Positions 1-9,376 of a stretch of 64,000 nucleotides of DNA are shown here, in pieces. Below the pieces are notes generated by a model. That model was not told the DNA's origin. It did no database searches and saw only the letters and a program-made list of their open reading frames with translations. A program made the position numbers and the translations under genes. How positions within the stretch are numbered: the first letter of the stretch is position 1; each line of letters begins with the position of its first letter. This DNA comes from Gemmatimonadota bacterium (GTDB lineage Bacteria > Gemmatimonadota > Gemmatimonadetes > Gemmatimonadales > GWC2-71-9). Location of the stretch: NCBI GenBank assembly GCA_040388535.1, contig JAZKBR010000005.1:2938-66937 (forward strand). Reading direction: 5' to 3'.

Positions 1-894
1 AACGCCGGTTTCCGGGGGGCAGGTGATCCGGCGATTGCGATGCGCGTGCTCTGGATCTCCAACGCCATCAATATCGTGCTCTGTCCGATGCTGGTCTTCG
101 GCGTCGGCCCGTTCCCGGCGCTCGGTGTCACCGGCGGTGCCGTCGGCACGACCATCGGTCGCGGTGTCGGGGCACTGCTTGCCTTCCGTGCGATGACTAC
201 GCCCGGTGGCCGGCTGCTGCTGAAGTCGCGGCATTTCCATTTCGATCCCAAGGTGCTCGGTACCATGCTGCGGCTCGCATCCTCGGCGACGCTGCAGTTC
301 CTCATCGGCACCGCGAGCTGGATCGGCCTGGTGCGGATCATCGCCGGCTTCGGGAGTGTCGCGCTCGCCGGATACACCATCGCGATCCGGATCGTGATCT
401 TCGCGATCCTGCCGTCGTGGGGGCTCTCGAACGCCGCGGCAACCATCGTGGGGCAGGGGCTCGGTGCCGGCAAACCGGAGCGCTCGGAGGCCGGCGTGTG
501 GACCGCGTGCCGGTACAACCTGGTTTTCCTTGGTGTGCTAGGAGTGCTGTTCGTCGTGTTCGCGCCCCAGCTGGTCTCGATCTTCGGGCACGATGAAGCG
601 GTCACGGCGATTGCCGCGCGCGGGCTGCGCATCATCGCCCTCGGCTTCCCGCTATACGCCTTCGGTATGGTCCTGACCCAGGCGCTCAATGGCGCGGGTG
701 ATACCTGGACACCGACCTGGCTCAACTTCGCGATCTTCTGGTGCCTCGAGATCCCGCTGGCGTGGGCACTCGCCCATCCACTCGGGTATGGCGTTGATGG
801 GGCCTTCTGGGCGGTCGCGATCGCCTTCTCGGTGCTGGCCGGTGCGTCGGCGCTGGTCTTCCGGAGAGGAAAGTGGAAGACGCGGGTGGTGTGA
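1..894 (+). CDS. MATE family efflux transporter, C-terminal part (5' end lies outside the window)
   Basis: The frame is open from base 1. The translation is polytopic and hydrophobic with MATE-like motifs (NAGFRGAGD, GQGLGAGKPERS). It is a paralogue of 52140..53480. Confidence 0.85.
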   Translation, partial: NAGFRGAGDPAIAMRVLWISNAINIVLCPMLVFGVGPFPALGVTGGAVGTTIGRGVGALLAFRAMTTPGGRLLLKSRHFHFDPKVLGTMLRLASSATLQFLIGTASWIGLVRIIAGFGSVALAGYTIAIRIVIFAILPSWGLSNAAATIVGQGLGAGKPERSEAGVWTACRYNLVFLGVLGVLFVVFAPQLVSIFGHDEAVTAIAARGLRIIALGFPLYAFGMVLTQALNGAGDTWTPTWLNFAIFWCLEIPLAWALAHPLGYGVDGAFWAVAIAFSVLAGASALVFRRGKWKTRVV

Positions 895-990
895 CTTTGC
901 GAGCCGAGTCGGTCGGAGCGACACAATGAGTGATCGCATCTCGCGCCCGAGCGCGCTACTGCCTTGGTTGACCGGCGCGAGGGTTCTCCT

Positions 991-1013
991 GGCACCGGGG
1001 GGATCCCGGTGCC
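991..1013 (+). terminator. Candidate hairpin downstream of the MATE gene
   Basis: GGCACCGGG (991-999), a 5-nt loop, then CCCGGTGCC (1005-1013), about 100 nt after the stop. There is no U-tract. Confidence 0.3.
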
Positions 1014-1083
1014 GTCCTGTCAGGGTCTCGTCAACACGCGGCAGTTGGGCACTTGCCGATCCGTTTCCGGCGTATGATCACCT

Positions 1084-2280
1084 ATGCCCATACTTGACGC
1101 GCAACGGCCGCTCCGTGCACTCGTCGCGATCGCGCTAATCGCCGCCGCTCCCCTCGCCGCGCAGCGTCACGGCGGCTTCATCGCCCGGCTCGGCGCGGAT
1201 ACCATGCAAGTGGAAGAGTTCACCCGCAACGGGAACACCACCCACGGCACGATCCTGGTGCATGCGCCCAGGTTCCGGCGGGTGCAGTGGTCGATGACGT
1301 ACGACGACCGCGGCACGCCGCTCCGCTTTCGTGCCGAGTCGTTTGACGCCGACGGCGCGCCCATGCTGGCGAGCTACACCGGCACGATGACCTTCCGCAA
1401 CGATTCACTGGTGCGCGACGTCTACAACGCCACGTCGGAACTCGTGCAGGTCAGTTCGCCCGCACCGTACGGCGCGGTCCCGTACACCGGAATCCCGTAT
1501 TTCGGCCTGTCGTACCTGATGTACGAAGATGGCTTCGCTGCCGCGCGACGTCGCATCGCTGCCGGCGTCGATTCGGTGCCGTACCTCTACCAGATCACGC
1601 TCTTTCCCGCGCAGCTCAAGCCACAGCGCTCCCGGGCCTGGCTCGTCGCCGCCGACTCGGCGGAACTGGACTATTTCGGCGTGGCGCGCAGCGGCTTCAA
1701 GTTCAACGCGGCCGGCGAATTGCTCCGGTCGGACTGGACCAGAACCACCTATCGCTACCTGGTCGAACGGGTCGGCAAGGTGGATCTCGAAACGATTGCC
1801 ACGGCGTGGATCGCCGCCGAGCGGGCGGGGAAGGGTGTTGGCACCATCTCGCCGCGCGACTCGGTCAAGGCCGTGGTGGGGAGCAGCAATCTCACTTTTG
1901 ACTACTCGCGCCCCGCCGTGCGCGGCCGCGTCATCTGGGGCGACATCGTTCCGTGGGACAAGGTCTGGCGATTGGGCGCCGACATGGCGACCCACTTCAC
2001 CACCAGCGCGGACCTGCTGATCGGCGGGACCACAGTGCCAGCGGGACGGTATTCGCTCTGGCTGATTCCGTCGGAGACCGCACCGCTGCTGGTCGTCAGT
2101 TCGGCCGTGAATGTCTTCGGCACCAGCTACAACCCTGCCAGGGATTTTGCGCGGATTCCGGTCCGGCGCGCGTCAATCGCTGCGCCGGTCGAGCGATTGA
2201 CCATCGGCGTGCGCGACGGCGTGCTGGTGATTGCGTGGGACAAGACGGAGTGGGTGGTGCCGGTGGTGGTGAAGCCGTAG
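1084..2280 (+). CDS. Secreted protein with C-terminal DUF2911-like domain
   Basis: N-terminal signal peptide (LVAIALIAAAPLAAQ). The C-terminus has the pattern YSRPAVRGRVIWGDIVPWDKVWRLGA...AGRYSLWLIP typical of DUF2911. Confidence 0.75.
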   Translation: MPILDAQRPLRALVAIALIAAAPLAAQRHGGFIARLGADTMQVEEFTRNGNTTHGTILVHAPRFRRVQWSMTYDDRGTPLRFRAESFDADGAPMLASYTGTMTFRNDSLVRDVYNATSELVQVSSPAPYGAVPYTGIPYFGLSYLMYEDGFAAARRRIAAGVDSVPYLYQITLFPAQLKPQRSRAWLVAADSAELDYFGVARSGFKFNAAGELLRSDWTRTTYRYLVERVGKVDLETIATAWIAAERAGKGVGTISPRDSVKAVVGSSNLTFDYSRPAVRGRVIWGDIVPWDKVWRLGADMATHFTTSADLLIGGTTVPAGRYSLWLIPSETAPLLVVSSAVNVFGTSYNPARDFARIPVRRASIAAPVERLTIGVRDGVLVIAWDKTEWVVPVVVKP

Positions 2281-2563
2281 GGGGCCTCCCGCAGGCCGTA
2301 CGCTGCCGCTCCTTGCGAGCGCCGCCAACCCGCTGCGAGCGCCGGGGCTGCTCGGCCTGGTGCTCTGCCCTGCTACCGGTGCGCCGAGGGCCCCTCATCT
2401 GGGTGAATGTCTTTGTCGCGATCTGGTATCTGGTCGCCTGGGGGCCACTCGGACTCGACCACTGCCTTTTCCGCTGTCGAGCGAACTGATCCTGCCCCAG
2501 TGCGCTGTGCGCGCCGCTATCTTTCTGGCGTCCCCGGCAACACCATCGTCCTGGAGCAATTGC

Positions 2564-2953
2564 GTGCGCGCTGCTGTCCTCTTGTTTGCCATGCTTGTCG
2601 CCGGTACCCCGGTCACCGCCTCGGCCCAGAAGGCCGCACCCGATTACACCGGCACCTGGAAGGTCGACGCCGGCGCCGATGTGAAGAACGGCCCGCGCGA
2701 AGTGATCATCCGAGCTGACTCCTCGGCGAGCTGGGGCAAGGAAACCGTGCGCTGGCGCATCAAGGACGACAAGATCGCCATCGCGCTGGGCGGTGAGTGG
2801 GAGACGTACAAGGTCAAGCTCAAGCCGAAGGAGCAGACCCTCACACTCTCCGGCGGCGATCTGCAGAAGCCGGTCACCCTCAAGCGCGTCGGTCCGGCCA
2901 CGCCGCGCCCGGCCAACGTGAAGGTTCCCGGAGACCCCGACACCGCCGGCTGA
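2564..2953 (+). CDS. Small secreted hypothetical protein
   Basis: A GTG at 2564 is preceded by GGAG 8 nt upstream. It gives the signal peptide [22 protein letters not shown]. The longer 2360 start adds non-protein-like sequence. Confidence 0.55.
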   Translation: MRAAVLLFAMLVAGTPVTASAQKAAPDYTGTWKVDAGADVKNGPREVIIRADSSASWGKETVRWRIKDDKIAIALGGEWETYKVKLKPKEQTLTLSGGDLQKPVTLKRVGPATPRPANVKVPGDPDTAG

Positions 2954-2957
2954 TCCG

Positions 2958-4613
2958 ATGACCACACCGCTGCTGCATCCGCGCGCCGGGCTTCCGGCAC
3001 CGGCCGATCAGCTGGTGAATGTGCCGCGGCTGGTGACCTCGTATTACACGACCGCCCCCGATCCCGGTGTTCGCACGCAGCGCGTCGCCTTCGGGACCTC
3101 GGGGCATCGCGGAACGTCGCTGGTCGCGTCGTTCAACGAACAGCACATCCTCGCGATCACCCAGGCCATCTGCGAACACCGTCGCAGTGCCGGCATCAGC
3201 GGCCCGCTCTTCCTCGGCATCGATACCCACGCACTCTCCGAATCAGCAGCGGCGTCAGCACTCGAAGTCCTCGCCGCCAATGGCGTCGAAGTCCGCATCG
3301 ATTCGCGTTCGGGCTACGTGCCCACCCCCGTGATCTCGCACGCCATCCTCCAGTACAACGCCGGGCGGAAAGGGGGGCTCGCCGATGGCATCGTGATCAC
3401 GCCGTCGCACAATCCTCCCGAGGATGGCGGCTTCAAGTACAACCCGCCGTCGGGCGGCCCAGCCGACTCGGTCATCACCGGCTGGGTGCAGGACCGCGCG
3501 AACCTGTTGCTTGCCGATGGACTCAAGGGTGTTCACCGGGTCTCGCTGAGTCGCGCGATGGCGGCCGAGACGACGGCGCGCCATGATTACCGGGCAGCGT
3601 ACATCAGCGATCTCGATGCGGTGATCGACTTTGATGCCATTCGCGCGGCCGATGTGAGGCTCGGCGTCGATCCACTGGGTGGTGCCGGCGTCGCTTACTG
3701 GGGCGAGATCGCGGAGCGTTTTCGAATCCCGCTCGAGATCGTCAGCACGGAAGTCGATCCCACTTTCCGTTTCATGACACTCGACTGGGACGGCAAGATC
3801 CGGATGGACTGTTCCTCGCCGTATGCGATGCAACGGCTGATCGCAATGCAGGATCGCTTCGACGTGGCGTGGGCATCCGACCCGGATCACGACCGCCACG
3901 GCATCGTGACCGGTACTTCCGGGCTGCTCAATCCGAATCACTACCTCGCCGCTGCGATTCAGTACCTCTTCACCCATCGTCCGAAGTGGTCAGCCGCCGC
4001 CGGGATCGGGAAGACAGTGGTGAGCAGCAGCGTGATCGATCGAGTCGCGGCCGATCTGCAGCGACCTTTGCTCGAAGTCCCGGTGGGCTTCAAGTGGTTC
4101 GTCGACGGACTCTGCAACGGGAGTCTGGCATTCGGTGGCGAAGAAAGCGCCGGCGCATCGTTTGTTCGGCGCGACGGCACCGTGTGGACCACCGACAAGG
4201 ACGGCATCATCCTCGGCCTGCTCGCCGCAGAAATGACTGCGGCCACCGGCCGCGATCCTGGCGAGCTCTATCGCGACATCACCAGTCGACTGGGCGAGTC
4301 GGTCTACGCCCGCGTGGACGCTGCGGCGACGCCGGAACAGAAGGTCGCCCTCGGCAAACTCTCAGGCGCCCAGGTAACCGCCCCGTCACTCGCGGGCGAT
4401 CCGATCACGTCGCGGATCACGAACGCGCCTGGAAACAACGCGGCGATCGGCGGTCTCAAGGTCACGACAGCGAATGGCTGGTTTGCCGCGCGACCATCAG
4501 GCACCGAAGACGTCTACAAGCTTTACGCCGAAAGTTTTTCCGGCCCTGATCACCTGCGCCGCATCCAGGACGAAGCGCAGGCGATCATCGGCAAGGCGCT
4601 CGGCACGCACTGA
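2958..4613 (+). CDS. pgm: Phosphoglucomutase, alpha-D-glucose phosphate-specific
   Basis: Active-site motifs TSGHRGTS and [23 protein letters not shown]. The 551-aa length is typical of Pgm. Confidence 0.95.
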   Translation: MTTPLLHPRAGLPAPADQLVNVPRLVTSYYTTAPDPGVRTQRVAFGTSGHRGTSLVASFNEQHILAITQAICEHRRSAGISGPLFLGIDTHALSESAAASALEVLAANGVEVRIDSRSGYVPTPVISHAILQYNAGRKGGLADGIVITPSHNPPEDGGFKYNPPSGGPADSVITGWVQDRANLLLADGLKGVHRVSLSRAMAAETTARHDYRAAYISDLDAVIDFDAIRAADVRLGVDPLGGAGVAYWGEIAERFRIPLEIVSTEVDPTFRFMTLDWDGKIRMDCSSPYAMQRLIAMQDRFDVAWASDPDHDRHGIVTGTSGLLNPNHYLAAAIQYLFTHRPKWSAAAGIGKTVVSSSVIDRVAADLQRPLLEVPVGFKWFVDGLCNGSLAFGGEESAGASFVRRDGTVWTTDKDGIILGLLAAEMTAATGRDPGELYRDITSRLGESVYARVDAAATPEQKVALGKLSGAQVTAPSLAGDPITSRITNAPGNNAAIGGLKVTTANGWFAARPSGTEDVYKLYAESFSGPDHLRRIQDEAQAIIGKALGTH

Positions 4614-4645
4614 GCGCCTTGCCTCCTTCCAGGATGAAGGTCAGA

Positions 4646-5248
4646 TCAAGCGGCGGGGCAGCTCACGCTGGGGTTCCACGGCGCGAAGATGCCATCGGGG
4701 TTCGGCGTCCAGAGCCAGACGTGAAGCTCGTAGTGCGCGAACGGCAAGCCGTGGCGCGCTTCTGGTGCGCGGTGATCGTTGAACACCTGCGTGCCGAACA
4801 TCGGCGGCGAATCGTGCTTCGCGTCCCAGGCATCGGCCAGCACCATGAATTCCACGCCACCCATTTCCATCTTGCCGTGCTTGTCGGGTGTGTACATCAC
4901 GAACTCGGGCTTATCGTACTCGACCTTGTCGTCGAGCAGTGCCTCGCGGAGGTAGTGGAAACCCATGCCGCCGGTCGGAATTGCGAGGCAGGGCGACGCC
5001 AGCACCGCGTTTTCCTTGAGCAGGTTGGCGAGCGGGTGGAACCGTGCGGTCGCCGCGTGGGCCACGTTGATGGCCGATTCGGTCTCGCGGCTGATCTCGG
5101 TCGACTTGTCCTGCTTGGTCGCGATGCCGTTGGCGGGGTGGTTGTGCCCGCTGATCATCGATTCGGCGGTGGGGGCGGGGGTCTCGCCGGCACAGGCGGC
5201 GATGAGGAGCAGGGCAAACACGGATGCACTTCGGTGCTGGACGATCAT
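4646..5248 (-). CDS. Hypothetical lipoprotein
   Basis: Lipobox LLIAAC near the N-terminus. Third-position GC is high on the minus strand. The overlapping plus-strand ORF 4619..5380 has low-complexity Gly/Arg junk. Confidence 0.7.
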   Translation of the reverse strand: MIVQHRSASVFALLLIAACAGETPAPTAESMISGHNHPANGIATKQDKSTEISRETESAINVAHAATARFHPLANLLKENAVLASPCLAIPTGGMGFHYLREALLDDKVEYDKPEFVMYTPDKHGKMEMGGVEFMVLADAWDAKHDSPPMFGTQVFNDHRAPEARHGLPFAHYELHVWLWTPNPDGIFAPWNPSVSCPAA

Positions 5249-5350
5249 GTCGGGCGTTCCTCGCTTCGGGGGATGAGTTCAGGGGACCGGAGGCATTCTC
5301 CTCCACGACACCCTGCGTCGTTCCCCGCCGAGACCCGACATACCCCCGAA

Positions 5351-6154
5351 CTACCGAAAGAGCGAACCTTGCACCGGTGACCGGAGTGCAATTGACGTCA
5401 TCGGCCCGTCTTGTACGGCCAGGTGAAGTTCACCCGTGAATCCCGCCGCCGCGAGACGGGTCGCGACCGCAGCGTGCGCCAGTTCGGCGCTGTTGCAACG
5501 CTGGCTCAGATGCGCGAGCACCACCGTCGCGAGTCCCTCGTGGTGCACCTCGGCCAGCAGCTCGGCACAGTCGCTATTGGAGAGGTGGCCGCCCGGCCCT
5601 GCGATCCGTTGCTGAACCACCAGGGGATAGCCGCTCGTGCGCAGCATCGTGGCGTCGTGGTTGGCCTCGAGCACGAGGCAATGCCGCTGGCGCAGGAACC
5701 AGCGAACCGCCTGCGTGGGGCGACCGAGATCCGTGGCCATCCCGAGCGAGCAGCCGTCGGGCAGCACGACACCAAGCGCGATTGGCTCGGCGGCGTCGTG
5801 TGAAGTTGCGCAGGCGCTCACCGTGAACGGCCCGACGTGCGCAGCTCCGCGGGAGCCGAGCGGGAGCCACTCACACGGTTCGCCACCTCGCGAGACGCCC
5901 CGCCATGTCCCCATCGACGCCAACAGCGGAATGCCATGCCGGCGCGCGAGCTTGGTGGCGCCGGCTGCGTGATCGCCATGCTCGTGGGTGATGGCAACAC
6001 CAACGAGCATCGCCGGGTCGAGCCCTGCCACACCCAGCCGCTTGTCGATCTCGCGGAGTGAGAAACCGGCATCGAGCAGCAGCATCGCACCATCGTGCAC
6101 CAGGGCGAACGCATTGCCCTGGCTCCCCGAACCGAGCACAACGAGAGAGGTCAC
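5351..6154 (-). CDS. MBL-fold metallo-hydrolase
   Basis: HxHxDH motif (THEHGDHAAG) and beta-lactamase-fold layout. GTG start overlaps the upstream stop (GTGA). Confidence 0.85.
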   Translation of the reverse strand: MTSLVVLGSGSQGNAFALVHDGAMLLLDAGFSLREIDKRLGVAGLDPAMLVGVAITHEHGDHAAGATKLARRHGIPLLASMGTWRGVSRGGEPCEWLPLGSRGAAHVGPFTVSACATSHDAAEPIALGVVLPDGCSLGMATDLGRPTQAVRWFLRQRHCLVLEANHDATMLRTSGYPLVVQQRIAGPGGHLSNSDCAELLAEVHHEGLATVVLAHLSQRCNSAELAHAAVATRLAAAGFTGELHLAVQDGPMTSIALRSPVQGSLFR

Positions 6155-7317
6155 TCGGTCAGGCGGCGGTGCAGCGCACGGAGGGAGGCTTCGGTCGCCG
6201 TATCGACAACAACATCGCGCCGCGGCAGGACGCGCTTCGCAGTCTCGACGAAGGCATCGACGCCGAGTCGCTCATCGTTGTCTCCCCCCCAGGCGAAGGG
6301 GGCGGTGTATTTCGGCGCGCGTGGCCCGCCGAAGAGGTTCGCACCGGCGCCCACGACTGCGCCAGTCGGGAGCAAGGTGCCGATCGCCGTCTTCGCGTGG
6401 TCGCCGATCAGGGAACCAAGATTGGTTCGGCCGGTGTCAATCCGCGTCGCGCCGATGTCGAGGCGCACTGGACCGTAGGTGTTCTTGAGGTTCGAGTTGA
6501 TTGTACCCGCACCCAGGTTCACCCACTCGCCAATAATCGAATGCCCGATGAAGCCTTCGTGGCTCTTGTTGGCGTAGCCCGTGAAGGCGGTCGTGCTGAC
6601 CTCGCCGTGCAGTCGGCAATGCACGCCTGCACAGATGTGACGGAACTGTCCACCGACCAGCCAGGTCCCCTTGCGGATCCGGGCGGGGCCTTCGATGCGC
6701 GTGCCGCTGCGGACCTGCACATCCTGCTCGAGCACGATGCCGCCCTTGCGCACGTCGAGTACCACGCCCGGCTCCAGCGTCGCGCCCTTGATGCTCACTG
6801 CGCCAGGATTTCCGAGCACGATCGTCCCTTCGGGAATCGGATCGCCGCTTTCGTCGATGAGTGAGAGCGTATCAGCAAAGAGGAACTGCTCCAGCGCCGT
6901 GACGAGGTCGAACGCGCCGCGCAGCGTGCGACCCTCAACTACCAGCCCGTCGCCGGCAGTGAATGGGCCGGTCCACGCCTGACCAGCATCGAGCCGCCAG
7001 CCGACCGTGCGACCTTCGTGCAGCAGTCGACGAGTCCCTCCCACTGCGCGCATCGGCAGCTTCGGCGCGAAGGTCGCATCGACGACCCAAGCTGGGCCGA
7101 CAATTGCCGACGCGTTCACAACCGGCAGTGACCCCGTCGCGTGATGGCCGCTCACGTGCGCCGCCACGGTCCCCTTGGCCGGGGCACCGAGGGCGCGAGA
7201 CCATCGTTCGTGCATGCGCCACGCGCCGACCGGCAGGGAAGCGAGCGTTGTCGCGCCAGCAAAGGGTGCCCACGCGGCACCAGGAGCATCGGGTTCGAGC
7301 AGGTACAACGCCGTCAT
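6151..7317 (-). CDS. Putative sugar nucleotidyltransferase/acyltransferase with left-handed beta-helix (GlmU-like)
   Basis: Start taken at the internal Met (MTALYLLEPDAPG), 1 nt after the manC stop. The C-terminal half shows hexapeptide-repeat periodicity (GHSIIGEWVNLGAGTINSNLKNTYGPV). Confidence 0.7.
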   Translation of the reverse strand: MTALYLLEPDAPGAAWAPFAGATTLASLPVGAWRMHERWSRALGAPAKGTVAAHVSGHHATGSLPVVNASAIVGPAWVVDATFAPKLPMRAVGGTRRLLHEGRTVGWRLDAGQAWTGPFTAGDGLVVEGRTLRGAFDLVTALEQFLFADTLSLIDESGDPIPEGTIVLGNPGAVSIKGATLEPGVVLDVRKGGIVLEQDVQVRSGTRIEGPARIRKGTWLVGGQFRHICAGVHCRLHGEVSTTAFTGYANKSHEGFIGHSIIGEWVNLGAGTINSNLKNTYGPVRLDIGATRIDTGRTNLGSLIGDHAKTAIGTLLPTGAVVGAGANLFGGPRAPKYTAPFAWGGDNDERLGVDAFVETAKRVLPRRDVVVDTATEASLRALHRRLTE

Positions 7318-7318
7318 G

Positions 7319-8347
7319 TTACTCCAGCTCCCGCACGTCGGCGGGAAGGGTATCGAGAATCTTCTTGAGGTCGACAGCGCGCGACCGTTCGAGCACCAGG
7401 GTCCGCGCGTTGGCGTGCACGACCACCAGGTCGCGAACGCCACTCAGCACCATCGGCGGACCATCATTCCAGACGATGCAATCACTGCAATCCACGAGCG
7501 TCACTGGCCCGTGCACCACGTTGCCGCGACGATCGCGCGGTCGCACCCGGGCCAGTGCTTCCCAGGTCCCGATATCATCCCAGGCGAAATCACCCGACAC
7601 GACGGCGACCGTCCCGCTGCGCTCGAAGACACCGACATCGATCGACACTTCCCGCACGTCGCGAAAGAAGCCGGCAACATCCCCACTCTCGAGCAGCGGC
7701 AGCCATGGCGCGATCTCATCCGTGTGCGTCATCACTTCGCGCCGAAGATCACTGGCCCGCCAGGCGAAGAGACCACTGTTCCAGAGTGCCCCTTCGGCCA
7801 TGAGGTCGAGGGCGAGCGCCGCGCCAGGCTTCTCGATGAATTTCTCGACCCGGCGGGACGCGCTGTCGAGCCGCTCGCCGGGCACGATGTACCCGAACCC
7901 GGTTTCGGGGCGCGACGGCACCATGCCGACTGTCACCAGCACTTCATGGCGGGCCGCCGTGGCAAGCGCTGTGGCCGCCGTGGCGACGAACGCAGTCGGG
8001 TCATTGACCGACCAGTCGGCGTGCATTGAGACCACTGAAGCGTCCGGGTCGCGTCGAGATGCCTCGAGAGTGGCCCAGACCAGCGCCGGAGCAGTGGACG
8101 CGGCCCGAGGCTCGATCAGGAAATTCTCCCGGGGAACCGGCAGGCGGTCGGCGAGCCGGCCGGCGAGCGATTTGCCCGTCACCACCAGTATTCGCTCGGG
8201 CGGGATAAAGCCGGTCAGCCGGTCGACGGCTTCTTCGGCGCTCGAACGAGGTCCTGCCAGGGGCAGCAGCTGCTTCGGATGCGCCGGCGAGGAGAGCGGC
8301 CAGAATCTGGTTCCGGAGCCTCCGGCGAGAAGGACAGCCCAGTACAT
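7319..8347 (-). CDS. manC: Mannose-1-phosphate guanylyltransferase
   Basis: N-terminus MYWAVLLAGGSGTRFWPLS...PKQLLPL is the GMP/ManC nucleotide-binding signature. At 342 aa there is no PMI domain. Confidence 0.88.
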   Translation of the reverse strand: MYWAVLLAGGSGTRFWPLSSPAHPKQLLPLAGPRSSAEEAVDRLTGFIPPERILVVTGKSLAGRLADRLPVPRENFLIEPRAASTAPALVWATLEASRRDPDASVVSMHADWSVNDPTAFVATAATALATAARHEVLVTVGMVPSRPETGFGYIVPGERLDSASRRVEKFIEKPGAALALDLMAEGALWNSGLFAWRASDLRREVMTHTDEIAPWLPLLESGDVAGFFRDVREVSIDVGVFERSGTVAVVSGDFAWDDIGTWEALARVRPRDRRGNVVHGPVTLVDCSDCIVWNDGPPMVLSGVRDLVVVHANARTLVLERSRAVDLKKILDTLPADVRELE

Positions 8348-8353
8348 CTGGTG

Positions 8354-8707
8354 CTACACGAGGGCGACCAACGCCGGCGCGTGCTGGCGTAGGTCGTGGA
8401 GGAGCTGGCCCAGATCGCCATTCGGTGCTGCGAGCACGAGCAGGGAGGAGCCCGTCGGGAGACGTTCCAGAATGAGGATGCCACCCGGAGATTCAACGAC
8501 CGTCTGCCGGGGAATGCCGTGGCCGGTCGCACCTCCCAGGGTCTGGAGCGTACGCTGGGCGGTCGCGGCCAGCGCCGCGATCGCCTCGGGATCCAGGGCG
8601 GCCGGCAGGGCCGACTCGACCACCAGGCCCTCGTCGCTGATCACCGCGGCACCGAGCACGTCCGGGCGGTCGGCAAAGGCGGCGAGGACAGTGCGGAGGG
8701 GGTGCAT
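8354..8707 (-). CDS. Roadblock/LC7 domain protein
   Basis: A 117-aa protein with the Robl_LC7 pattern (VLGAAVISDEGLVVES...GILILERL...LLVLAAPNGDLG). Confidence 0.75.
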   Translation of the reverse strand: MHPLRTVLAAFADRPDVLGAAVISDEGLVVESALPAALDPEAIAALAATAQRTLQTLGGATGHGIPRQTVVESPGGILILERLPTGSSLLVLAAPNGDLGQLLHDLRQHAPALVALV

Positions 8708-8785
8708 CGCGGGGCGCTCCCGGGCAGGTGAGTGAAGCGCGAAGCTAGGTCCCTCACAACGCGGAAGTCAAGCAATGATGGTGGG

Positions 8786-8814
8786 TTGCCGCGCCTCTCC
8801 AAGCGGTCTAACCT
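8786..8814 (+). promoter_or_regulatory. Candidate sigma70-like promoter for 8821 gene (possibly leaderless)
   Basis: TTGCCG (8786-8791), a 17-nt spacer, then TAACCT (8809-8814). The ATG lies 6 nt after the -10 and no SD is present. Confidence 0.3.
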
Positions 8815-8820
8815 TCTCCC

Positions 8821-9372
8821 ATGAAGCGCATCAGCTACCTGCTCGTCGCCGTCGGCATCGCCGCCGCTGCCTGCTCGAATACCGACCTCGAGCCGGCCCA
8901 GATCGACAACATCGTCGACACCATCACCCTTGGGGCGCTGGTCGGCACGCCGATATCGACTCCGTCGGCGTTTTCGATTCCCGATGCGCGCGCGGTCCGT
9001 ACCGACCAGACCGCCTCGTTCGATTTTGCATATAACATCGATGCGGCCGGGCGACGTGTCCTGCTGCCGCTCGATGCACTCGGACTCGGCGCCGTCAACG
9101 GTGCCAACCCGGGCCTGCTCCGAAGCACGTCGACCTTCGCCGCGCTAGCCTCGCCCCCGACCAACGGCTACCTCACCAAGGACACGATCGTGGTGGCCGT
9201 CGGTGATGTCATCGTCGCGCGTTCACGGATCGCCTGTTACCTCGGCGTGCCGGAGTACGCCAAGGTGGAAGTCCTCTCGTTTGATGATGCCAAGCGTACC
9301 GTGCTGCTTCAGGTTCTGGCGAATGTGAACTGCGGCTACCGCAACCTCGAAATCGGCATCCCGACCAGCTGA
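8821..9372 (+). CDS. Hypothetical lipoprotein
   Basis: Signal peptide plus lipobox MKRISYLLVAVGIAAAAC. Confidence 0.7.
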   Translation: MKRISYLLVAVGIAAAACSNTDLEPAQIDNIVDTITLGALVGTPISTPSAFSIPDARAVRTDQTASFDFAYNIDAAGRRVLLPLDALGLGAVNGANPGLLRSTSTFAALASPPTNGYLTKDTIVVAVGDVIVARSRIACYLGVPEYAKVEVLSFDDAKRTVLLQVLANVNCGYRNLEIGIPTS

Positions 9373-9376
9373 TCCG

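Noticed and set aside
1051-1086. TATGAT 5 nt upstream of the ATG of gene 1084, as a leaderless promoter.
   Set aside because: No acceptable -35 is found at 16-18 nt (TTGCCG lies only 14 nt away), so the call is too weak to list as a feature.
2314-2344. An 11-nt direct repeat TGCGAGCGCCG occurring twice 20 nt apart, upstream of the small secreted gene. A nearby tandem ATCTGGT x2 was also noted.
   Set aside because: By a rough estimate for a GC-biased 64-kb sequence, about one or two such local 11-mer repeats are expected by chance. There is no palindromic character and no supporting context.
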